From Candidatus Colinaster equi (lineage in GTDB: Bacteria > Bacillota > Clostridia > Lachnospirales > Lachnospiraceae), in NCBI GenBank assembly GCA_018064425.1, contig JAGHVF010000012.1, positions 28,486 to 92,485 of the forward strand: a stretch of 64,000 nt of DNA. The letters run 5' to 3'. A program made the position numbers and the translations under genes. The notes under the pieces are model-generated. The model was given only the letters and a program-made list of their open reading frames with translations, was not told the DNA's origin and searched no databases. Shown piece by piece: positions 1-7,649 of this stretch (position 1 is the first letter of the stretch; each line of letters starts with the position of its first letter).

Positions 1-837
1 TTCAAATTTGGCTGCCTTTGTCGCGTTGACAGATTCTATAATCTCACTAAGATTATTCTTAATCTCTTCATCAAGATACTCCCCAAGTGTATCAGCCAAA
101 AACGCTAATCCGTCAGCCGCATGCTCCTCCATTTTTTTGAAGATATCAAGATACTTATCTATACTGTCGGCAGCAAAACCGTGTGCAGCTAGATCTTCTT
201 TTACGCCTTCAAATCCAATCTTATCCATCTTATCCAAGATGATAAATACATTGTCATATTCCTCTTCGGGAAAACCTGCGTAAGCTGCCATTGCTTTAAG
301 AATTCTTCTTTCGTTAATACGTATCTCAAAATTCTCAAATCCAAGCTTGCCAAGTGTAGTTGTTGTAGCTGTAATGAGTTCAATCTCCGCAAGGTTGCTG
401 GCCTCACCGAGTATATCTATATCACACTGATAAAACTGTCTGTATCTGCCTCTTTGCGGTCTGTCAGCTCTCCATACAGGTCCAATCTGTAATGCCTTGA
501 ACGGACTTGGTAATGTTGCTGCATTATTGGAGTAAAATCTGACAAGCGGTACTGTCAAATCATAACGCAGTCCCGAATCTGTCAAATCATTCTCTTCCTT
601 CGCCGTATCCAGATTGAGCTTCTCTCCTCTTTTCATAATCTTGAAGATAAGCTTCTCATTCTCTCCGCCTGCTTTACAATTAAGATTGTTGATATTCTCA
701 ACGCACGGTGTCTCTATATGGGTGAATCCGAATTGCGCATATGTTTCCTGAATAACAGAAATCACGTAATCCCTGATTTTCATCTCCTGTGGTAAAATGT
801 CTTTCATACCTGTTGTAGGTTTCTTTGATAATGTCAT
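1..837 (-). CDS. hisS: Histidine--tRNA ligase, 5' part (runs off the left edge)
   Basis: Not in the ORF track; read by hand. ATG at 837 with RBS AGGAGG gives MTLSKKPTTGMKDILPQEMKIRDYV, then LRYDLTVPL, QIGPVWRADRPQRGRYRQFYQCDIDI (class II aaRS motif 2 of HisRS). Usual position downstream of hemZ. Confidence 0.93.
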   Translation of the reverse strand, partial: MTLSKKPTTGMKDILPQEMKIRDYVISVIQETYAQFGFTHIETPCVENINNLNCKAGGENEKLIFKIMKRGEKLNLDTAKEENDLTDSGLRYDLTVPLVRFYSNNAATLPSPFKALQIGPVWRADRPQRGRYRQFYQCDIDILGEASNLAEIELITATTTTLGKLGFENFEIRINERRILKAMAAYAGFPEEEYDNVFIILDKMDKIGFEGVKEDLAAHGFAADSIDKYLDIFKKMEEHAADGLAFLADTLGEYLDEEIKNNLSEIIESVNATKAAKFE

Positions 838-868
838 CTCAATCCTCCTAGTGTTTTCATAACACTTT

Positions 869-898
869 ATTTTACAATACATATTGCAATATAAGCAA
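869..898 (-). promoter_or_regulatory. Putative sigma-A promoter of hisS
   Basis: Minus strand TTGCTT-18 nt-TAAAAT about 30 nt upstream of the start. The spacer contains the perfect palindrome ATATTGCAATAT (881-892). Confidence 0.5.
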
Positions 899-939
899 CC
901 ATTTATACATATATTATTGTAGACGATTAGCAAAATCAC

Positions 940-968
940 TTGTCGTTTTATCAAAAAGCAACTAAAAT
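940..968 (+). promoter_or_regulatory. Putative sigma-A promoter of the TM1266/ECF operon
   Basis: TTGTCG (940-945)-17 nt-TAAAAT (963-968). Confidence 0.6.
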
Positions 969-974
969 ATATTC

Positions 975-1174
975 GATGCTTGTCAGCCCAAATGCCGTAT
1001 TGTGAGTTCACGGCAAAGTAGCCTGTCAAACGTCCCCGCATATAAGAACATGTCCATCTATGTCCAAGGCAAGTTATTTAACTTCCCAAGGTTAAGATTG
1101 TTCTGTGGGATTAGCGTAAACATCCGGTGCAAGTGTCTCACATATGTTTACGACTATGAGGAAAGGAGGACAAT
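975..1174 (+). promoter_or_regulatory. Long structured 5' leader, candidate cis-regulatory RNA of unknown class
   Basis: About 200 nt between the promoter and ATG. Stems 993-998/1010-1015, 1035-1050/1099-1109 (bulged) and 1115-1123/1144-1152 (CGTAAACAT/ATGTTTACG) just before the RBS. Confidence 0.45.
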
Positions 1175-1420
1175 ATGGAAGAGAAAATCGCCATTATCGG
1201 TTTGTTTGTACGCGATATCACATCTGCAAATGCTGTTAATGAATTGTTACATAAGTACGCAGATAAAATTGTTGGACGTATGGGAATTCCCTATCGTGAT
1301 GAATCGCTTAACATCATATCCGTAATAATCAAAGCAAGCGGCGATGAAATTGCTGCTCTTTCAGGCTCGCTTGGTCGCATACCCGGTGTTACCGTAAAAG
1401 CAATGCAGACACCTCTATAA
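1175..1420 (+). CDS. TM1266-family small ACT/NikR-C-like protein (putative iron-only hydrogenase system regulator family)
   Basis: 81 aa, strong RBS AAGGAGG. Pattern IAIIG-x-V...VNELLH...IVGRMGIPY...ISV...I-AL-G-LG-IPGV-VK is typical of the family. Confidence 0.85.
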   Translation: MEEKIAIIGLFVRDITSANAVNELLHKYADKIVGRMGIPYRDESLNIISVIIKASGDEIAALSGSLGRIPGVTVKAMQTPL

Positions 1421-1442
1421 TCTCACAGAAAGGATATTTTTT

Positions 1443-1988
1443 ATGAAAAAAGTAAATACTAAAAGTCTGACTTATGCAGCTGCACTTCTTGCTATTTGCA
1501 TAATCAGTCAGATATTCAAGAATATGTCCGTATATATTACCGGACCGATTATTAACGCATGCCTGATCATCTGTGTACTGACAGCAGGACTTTGGGCCGC
1601 AATCGCTATATCTGTCATCACACCAATTACCTCGTTTTTCATTACAGGCAGTCCTATTATTGCAGCAATTCCCCTCATTATGCCATGTATAATGATTGGA
1701 AATATATTACTTGTTGTAGCTGTTTATTTCTTAAAGGACAAACCCAACCGCAAAATTGGATTCACGATATCTATTGTTATTGGCGCAATACTAAAAGGGC
1801 TTTTTATGGGAATTGTAATAGCACTTATTATTATCCCTGCACTTTTACCTGAAGCAATGCTTCCCAAAATAAACGTTTTCCAGACCACCTTCTCAATAAC
1901 GCAGTTCATTACCGCACTTATCGGTGGTGCACTTGCATATATTATAAACATACCACTTAGCAAGTTTTTGAAAAACGAAGATGTATAA
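1443..1988 (+). CDS. ECF transporter S component (solitary, substrate unknown)
   Basis: 181 aa, about 6 hydrophobic helices, N-terminal TKSLTYAAALLA with the AxxxA motif, ITGPIINA segment. Confidence 0.75.
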   Translation: MKKVNTKSLTYAAALLAICIISQIFKNMSVYITGPIINACLIICVLTAGLWAAIAISVITPITSFFITGSPIIAAIPLIMPCIMIGNILLVVAVYFLKDKPNRKIGFTISIVIGAILKGLFMGIVIALIIIPALLPEAMLPKINVFQTTFSITQFITALIGGALAYIINIPLSKFLKNEDV

Positions 1989-2014
1989 GTTGTATACTCG
2001 CATATATATGCAAA

Positions 2015-2041
2015 ACAAGGGGCAGCATAGCTGCCCCTTGT
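2015..2041 (+). terminator. Hairpin terminator after the ECF S gene (possibly bidirectional)
   Basis: Perfect 12-bp stem ACAAGGGGCAGC/GCTGCCCCTTGT, with an A-run before and a T-rich tail after. Confidence 0.8.
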
Positions 2042-2094
2042 CTATTTCATCATTAACTAAACCATTCTGTTGTGTAATCTTTAAAACAAATGAA

Positions 2095-2121
2095 TAGGGA
2101 CAGTTTACTTTACTGTCCCTA
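2095..2121 (-). terminator. Hairpin downstream of the leader-flagellin gene
   Basis: 10-bp stem TAGGGACAGT/ACTGTCCCTA, followed on the minus strand by TTCATTTGTTTT. Confidence 0.6.
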
Positions 2122-2187
2122 CATACTATTTACCCGGTATATTCTTTAATAATGGCTGAAGTCTCTGATAAATAATCTTATGTCGCA

Positions 2188-2457
2188 TCATTGTAGCAGG
2201 CCAAGGACATCAGCTATTCTCTGGTTATTCTGTGCCACCATTCCTTGTGACGCCTGCTGCATAATCTGTGCTTGAGCCAACCTCGTCGCTTCCTCCGCCA
2301 TATCAGAATCCACAAGTATAGAATTGGCGCATTCTTGCGATTCGCAGCAGCCTGCACCGATTACCTGTACAAGTTCTTCATTTGTCAACTCATAAAGCTT
2401 CCTACTCACAATTTCAAATTCTTCTCTCAAGGCTTTCAATTCTTCTTGTGTTTTCAT
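2188..2457 (-). CDS. Double-glycine-type leader peptide fused to a flagellin C-terminal (D0) helix
   Basis: RBS AAGGAG. Residues 1-35 end in ELTNEELVQVIGA (LSxxELxxVxG[GA] consensus). Residues 44-89 (ANS..DSDMAEE..AQIMQQA..AQNNQ..VLGLLQ) match flagellin C-termini without gaps. Confidence 0.8.
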   Translation of the reverse strand: MKTQEELKALREEFEIVSRKLYELTNEELVQVIGAGCCESQECANSILVDSDMAEEATRLAQAQIMQQASQGMVAQNNQRIADVLGLLQ

Positions 2458-2482
2458 AGTTAGTCTCCTTCAAAAATTCTTT

Positions 2483-3949
2483 TTAGTCCTTAAAAAGCTC
2501 ACGCTTGCGATCAATCATTTCATCTATTTTACTGATGTAGAGGGTAACATCTTTCACATTGTCACAGCGCTCAATTCGGCCGTCTCCATACACACGTTTC
2601 GTGACTGTTCCGGCACCGAGTGCGACAATCGACTGAACCTCCTCCATGATAAGAATATTATATATTCCTGCTTTACCTTCTGTTGCATATCCGACATTTT
2701 CAAAATTGCCGGACATATTTTTCTGCCTGTACAGATAATACGGACTCATTCCCAAATCACTTGCAACATCTTGAGCCAATGTCATAATATCATCTGAATT
2801 ATTGATAGTCTCATAGCCCATCTCATCAATCACCTGTGCTAAGCGACTGGCTCTCTTTATTGCCAGAGAATGAACCGTAATCGAATCCGGTGCCAACTCT
2901 TTTACCCTTTTTAAGGTATCGGAAACATCATCAATTGATTCATTTGGCAAACCTACTATCAAATCCATATTGATATTATCAAAGCCTACTTTTCTTGCGA
3001 GCTTATATGCTTCAACAGTTGCCGCTGCAGTAGCTTTTCTTCCGATAATTCTAAGTGTCTCCTCATTCATTGTCTGCGGATTTACACTTATTCTTGTTAC
3101 ACCCATTCTATATAACACTTCAAGTTTTTGTTCTGTAATCGAATCTGCTCTACCGGCTTCAACGGTAAATTCTTTTATATTCTCAAGATTTATTTTGCTT
3201 TTCAAATATGATATGAGCTCTTCCAATTGTTCCGCCGTCAAAGTTGTAGGGGTACCGCCACCAATATAAACTGTATCCAACACTTTGTCGCTCATATTCT
3301 CAGCCACATAATCTATCTCTTTTTTCAAAGCACCAAGATATTCATCGACAATCTTCTCATACATCGCAATCGGATACGAAGTAAATGAACAATATAAACA
3401 AGTGCTTGGGCAAAACGGTATACCAATATACAGACTGTATCCGTTATCATAATCTATCTCCGATAAAATCCGTTTCTCATAATGAGCAATATTCACAGCC
3501 AATATGGCCTTAGCATCCGAGCAAAAGTATGTATCTTTCATATATGTCAGCACATCTTCATCCGACATACCCTCACTAATCTTATTCATCGCTATCTTAG
3601 TAGGCCTTATTCCGGTCAAAGATCCCCACGGAAGTTGCTTTCCCGTTACTTCTGACAAAATACTGTACAAGCATCTTTTAAGCTCATTCTTATATGACAC
3701 TCTATCCGAAATATTCACAGCCCCGGAGGTCATTTCTCGATTTGATGTTATATCATTGCTTCTGTCAAAGACTTGAATCTTTATCTCATTTACGCCCATA
3801 TAAACATAAAATTCCGGCAGACCATCATCGGAATTCAGTTCCTTCTCACCTTCTCTGAACGCCTTAACTTCTTCTGCCGGATAAAATGCTTTTACAAGCG
3901 AATGAATATCATATATGTAATTGTCTTCACTACATCTAACTACTATCAT
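2483..3949 (-). CDS. hemZ: HemZ-type HemN-family radical SAM protein
   Basis: LPWGSLTGIRPTK, YIGIPFCPSTCLYC (CxxxCxxC), YIGGGTPT, PYYLYRQKN. Start moved to ATG 3949, immediately after the upstream stop. Confidence 0.9.
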   Translation of the reverse strand: MIVVRCSEDNYIYDIHSLVKAFYPAEEVKAFREGEKELNSDDGLPEFYVYMGVNEIKIQVFDRSNDITSNREMTSGAVNISDRVSYKNELKRCLYSILSEVTGKQLPWGSLTGIRPTKIAMNKISEGMSDEDVLTYMKDTYFCSDAKAILAVNIAHYEKRILSEIDYDNGYSLYIGIPFCPSTCLYCSFTSYPIAMYEKIVDEYLGALKKEIDYVAENMSDKVLDTVYIGGGTPTTLTAEQLEELISYLKSKINLENIKEFTVEAGRADSITEQKLEVLYRMGVTRISVNPQTMNEETLRIIGRKATAAATVEAYKLARKVGFDNINMDLIVGLPNESIDDVSDTLKRVKELAPDSITVHSLAIKRASRLAQVIDEMGYETINNSDDIMTLAQDVASDLGMSPYYLYRQKNMSGNFENVGYATEGKAGIYNILIMEEVQSIVALGAGTVTKRVYGDGRIERCDNVKDVTLYISKIDEMIDRKRELFKD

Positions 3950-3950
3950 A

Positions 3951-4586
3951 TTATTTCGTCCAAAACGGGTTATATTGTCTCTCATGTTCTATTGTGGTCT
4001 GTGAACCGTGTCCCGGATATACAACAATATCATCAGAAAGCGGTGCAAGTTTTGTTGATATCGATTCACTCAATGTTCTGCCCGAGCCCGTAGGAAAATC
4101 CGTTCTTCCAACGCTCTCTTCAAACAAAGTATCACCCGTAAAAATTGTATTCTCTTCAACAAAATTATAGCAACATGATCCCTGTGTATGACCCGGAGTA
4201 GCCAATACCTGTATCTTCATTCCATTAAGTGTAAGTACATCCATATCATGAACATACTCATCAGCTTCAATCGTGCAAGATCTGCCAATCATATCCGACA
4301 CATTAAGATTTGCATTCTTTAAAACAGCTCTCTCTTCATCAAGAGCAAACACTTTTGCCCCGGACAATTGGCGCAATTCCTCACATCCCCAAATGTGATC
4401 AAAATGACCATGTGTAAGCAAAATGCAAGACACCGCAAGTCCCTTCTCTTTTAAGACCGTATAGATATAATCTCCCTTGTCACCGGGGTCTACAACAATA
4501 CAGTTCTCGTCACCTTCTCTATATACATAATAGCAATTAGTCTCACACACACTTAATACTATCTTGCCAATCTTCAAGTTGCTCAT
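3951..4586 (-). CDS. MBL-fold metallo-hydrolase (glyoxalase II/YcbL-like)
   Basis: THGHFDH, TPGHT, FTGDTLF, PGHG motifs. Conserved rel-MBL-hemZ context. Confidence 0.9.
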   Translation of the reverse strand: MSNLKIGKIVLSVCETNCYYVYREGDENCIVVDPGDKGDYIYTVLKEKGLAVSCILLTHGHFDHIWGCEELRQLSGAKVFALDEERAVLKNANLNVSDMIGRSCTIEADEYVHDMDVLTLNGMKIQVLATPGHTQGSCCYNFVEENTIFTGDTLFEESVGRTDFPTGSGRTLSESISTKLAPLSDDIVVYPGHGSQTTIEHERQYNPFWTK

Positions 4587-4621
4587 ACTACTCCTATTTG
4601 GGCATCATGTCTAATACACTA

Positions 4622-6967
4622 TCAGCCCATTCTTCTCTCAATATCCATAACACCTTCAATCATCTGTAATTTCTCTATTATATGATTGAGTTGTTCACGT
4701 CCTGTAGTCTCAAAGCTAAGAGTCATTGTTGCAATACCCTGCTTAGAAGTACGGGTATTAACCGAAATGATATTGATATCCTTCTCCGTCAATGTACGTG
4801 ATACATCTACCAATAAGCCTGTTCTGTTATGTGCAAAAATAACAAGTTCGGCCTGATAAATGACATTACTGTCATTAGATGTATCCTGCCATTCGGCATC
4901 AATCAATCTGACTCTGTCCATCTCTGACAAACTTAACATATTAATACAATCATTACGGTGTATCGAAATGCCTCGTCCTCGCGTTACAAAGCCCACAATC
5001 TCATCTCCCGGCAACGGATTACAGCATTTTGAAAATCTTACAGATACATCATGCACACCGCGCACGATGATTGCTCCACCCTTGCTGTTTGTTGAAACAT
5101 TGGTTGCTTTATATTCTTCCTGTATCTTTTTTTGAACTTCTTCATCAGTGATGTCTTTCTTATGATCTTCGTCATAATACTCAAGCATCTTATTGATTAT
5201 CTGGCCTTCTTTCAACCCACCATGCCCGATTGCTGCCAGTACACTGTTCCAATCATGGAAACCGTATTTATCTATTATTTTCTCTTCGTATTTTGGGTTC
5301 TTTATGTTGGCAAGCTCAATCGAATGAGTTTTGCAATATGTCAACATATTCTCACGACCCTTTTGAATATTATCATCCTTAAGTTCAGCTTTGAACCACT
5401 GGTTAATCTTATTCTTAGCTTGTGTCGATTTGGCAACATTAAGCCAGTCACGACTTGGTCCCTTACTGTTCTGACTTGTTACAATCTCAATCTTATCGCC
5501 ATTATTAATCACATAATCGATATTAACCAATTTGCCGTTTACACGGGCGCCTACCATCTTATTTCCGACTGCACTGTGAATTGCATATGCAAAATCAATA
5601 GGCGTACTTCCCGCAGGAAGATTCTTTACTTCGCCTGTCGGAGTAAAACAATAAACACTGTCTGAAAAGAGATCCAAATCACTTTTAAGCAGCTTCATAA
5701 ATTCGGTATTATCAGACATATCCTTCTGCCATTCAAGGATTTGTCTAAGCCAGGTAAGTTTCTCTTCTTCCCCGAAATTGCCTCTTTTTCCATCAGAAGT
5801 CTCTTTATACTTCCAATGTGCGGCAATACCATACTCGGCAGCTTTATGCATCTCCCATGTACGAATCTGTATCTCAAACGGCTGTCCCGATTCACCAATT
5901 AGTGTTGTATGAATCGACTGATACATATTAGCCTTGGGCATTGCAATATAATCTTTGAATCTTCCCGGAATTGGCGTATAAAGTTCATGAATTACACCAA
6001 GAGCCGCATAACAGTCACGAACCGAATCAACAATAATACGAACAGCAAACAAATCATATATTTGCTCTATTGTTTTATTCTGATTCTTCATCTTCTTGTA
6101 GATAGAAAAGAAATGTTTAATTCGACCGTCAACTTCAGCCTTAATACCGGCATCATCTATCTGTTTCTTTACTTCTATAACAATCTTCTTAATATACTTT
6201 TCACGTTCACTTTTTCGTATAGCAATCTTATCAACCAAATCATAGTAAACTTCAGGTTGAAGATATTTTAACGAAAGATCGTCCAACTCAACTTTAATCT
6301 TGGATATACCAAGTCGCTGTGCGATAGGACTGTATATATCCAACGTCTCCCTAGCTATACGTTGTTGTTTCTCGGGCGCCATATGCTTAAGAGTACGCAT
6401 ATTATGCAATCTATCGGCTAATTTTATTATAATAACTCTTATATCCTTAGCCATGGCAAGAAACATCTTACGAAGATTCTCTGCCTGCATCTCTGCTCTA
6501 TCTGTTGCCTTATCCGCTCCGACAGTCTCTGCCATCTGCAAAGAATCGAGTTTAGTCACACCATCAACCAAAAGTGCAACCTCTTCGCCGAATTCTTCTA
6601 CAACATCATCAAAAGTCCACTCGGTATCTTCCACAACATCATGCAATAATCCCGCAGTGATAGTCTCTTTATCCATCTCCAAATCAGCCAGGATAATGGC
6701 AACATATAACGGATGCACAATATACGGCTCACCGGATTTACGTACCTGACTTGCATGCGCACTTCCGGCTACTTCGTATGCTTTCTCAATCAGGCTGATA
6801 TCATCGGACGGATGATATTTGCGGACACGCGAAATAAGATCCAAATAGAGATCCTCCGGAGGGAGGAATTCTTGTAAGGATTCAATACGACCGTCATCAA
6901 ACACCAGTCCATGTTCTTCACTTGTAGATGTTACGAGTTTTTTTTCTTCCATCGCACTCACCTTCAT
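4622..6967 (-). CDS. relA: Bifunctional (p)ppGpp synthetase/hydrolase Rel
   Basis: RKSGEPY, LLHDVVED (HD domain), KLADRLHNMRT, EIQIRT, AAHW, TGS domain, KCCNP zinc finger, C-terminal ACT domain. Confidence 0.97.
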   Translation of the reverse strand: MKVSAMEEKKLVTSTSEEHGLVFDDGRIESLQEFLPPEDLYLDLISRVRKYHPSDDISLIEKAYEVAGSAHASQVRKSGEPYIVHPLYVAIILADLEMDKETITAGLLHDVVEDTEWTFDDVVEEFGEEVALLVDGVTKLDSLQMAETVGADKATDRAEMQAENLRKMFLAMAKDIRVIIIKLADRLHNMRTLKHMAPEKQQRIARETLDIYSPIAQRLGISKIKVELDDLSLKYLQPEVYYDLVDKIAIRKSEREKYIKKIVIEVKKQIDDAGIKAEVDGRIKHFFSIYKKMKNQNKTIEQIYDLFAVRIIVDSVRDCYAALGVIHELYTPIPGRFKDYIAMPKANMYQSIHTTLIGESGQPFEIQIRTWEMHKAAEYGIAAHWKYKETSDGKRGNFGEEEKLTWLRQILEWQKDMSDNTEFMKLLKSDLDLFSDSVYCFTPTGEVKNLPAGSTPIDFAYAIHSAVGNKMVGARVNGKLVNIDYVINNGDKIEIVTSQNSKGPSRDWLNVAKSTQAKNKINQWFKAELKDDNIQKGRENMLTYCKTHSIELANIKNPKYEEKIIDKYGFHDWNSVLAAIGHGGLKEGQIINKMLEYYDEDHKKDITDEEVQKKIQEEYKATNVSTNSKGGAIIVRGVHDVSVRFSKCCNPLPGDEIVGFVTRGRGISIHRNDCINMLSLSEMDRVRLIDAEWQDTSNDSNVIYQAELVIFAHNRTGLLVDVSRTLTEKDINIISVNTRTSKQGIATMTLSFETTGREQLNHIIEKLQMIEGVMDIERRMG
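4861..4874. repeat. Dispersed palindrome TGACA-N4-TGTCA, copy 1
   Basis: AATGACATTACTGTCATT, in the rel linker before the ACT domain. Confidence 0.6.
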
Positions 6968-6991
6968 CTACCCCTCATATAGATACCGTGA

Positions 6992-7513
6992 TTACTTACC
7001 CTCATATGATATAGCTGAATATACAGGGCATTTTAACAACTCTCTGCCATTAAGGCCTTTAAGTTCCATCAATACAGCAACACCGACCACTTCACCGCCA
7101 AGCTCTTCAATAAGTTCTGCAGATGCCTGTAAAGTACCGCCTGTAGCAATAAGATCATCAACCAATAGGACTCTGTCACCTTTTTTGATGCTGTCTTTGT
7201 TAATCTCAATAGTCGCTGTTCCGTATTCAAGAGCATATTCACGCTCAACAGTCTCACGTGGCAACTTACCTTTTTTTCTGACAAGCGTAAACGGCTTACC
7301 CATCAAATATGCAATAGGTGCTCCCATAACAAAGCCCCTTGCCTCAGCACCGGCTACAATGTCAAAATCGATATCTTTAATCATGTCAACCATTGTATCT
7401 ATTGCCAATTTGAACCCATCAGCATCCTCGATTACGCTGGTAACATCTCTAAACATAATTCCCGGCTTCGGAAAATCCGGAATTGTAACTACATAATCTT
7501 CAAGTTTCTTCAT
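6992..7513 (-). CDS. apt: Adenine phosphoribosyltransferase
   Basis: IPDFPKPGIMFRD, EARGF, RKKGKLP, YALEYG, VDDLIATGGT. Confidence 0.97.
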   Translation of the reverse strand: MKKLEDYVVTIPDFPKPGIMFRDVTSVIEDADGFKLAIDTMVDMIKDIDFDIVAGAEARGFVMGAPIAYLMGKPFTLVRKKGKLPRETVEREYALEYGTATIEINKDSIKKGDRVLLVDDLIATGGTLQASAELIEELGGEVVGVAVLMELKGLNGRELLKCPVYSAISYEGK

Positions 7514-7649
7514 TACGCTATCCTTTTACTACGTTTATTCAAACAACATATTGTGTTTTTTCTCAAAAACTTAACAATAATTATACTCTACCAAGTATTT
7601 GTACGTCAACGAAAAACAGCACCTGTATCATAAAGAAAATTCGCTTATA

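Noticed and set aside
838-940. T-box leader for hisS
   Set aside because: The promoter-like sequence is only about 30 nt from the start, and no T-box motif or leader terminator is present.
1002-1325. 107-aa ORF overlapping the TM1266 gene
   Set aside because: No RBS, and it overlaps a well-supported gene in another frame. The region is better explained as a 5' leader.
2188-2457. Simple flagellin pseudogene fragment
   Set aside because: The ORF has its own RBS and a coherent non-flagellin leader, the upstream DNA is intact hemZ with no flagellin remnant, and I saw no sigma-28 promoter. A chance chimera cannot be fully excluded without homologues.
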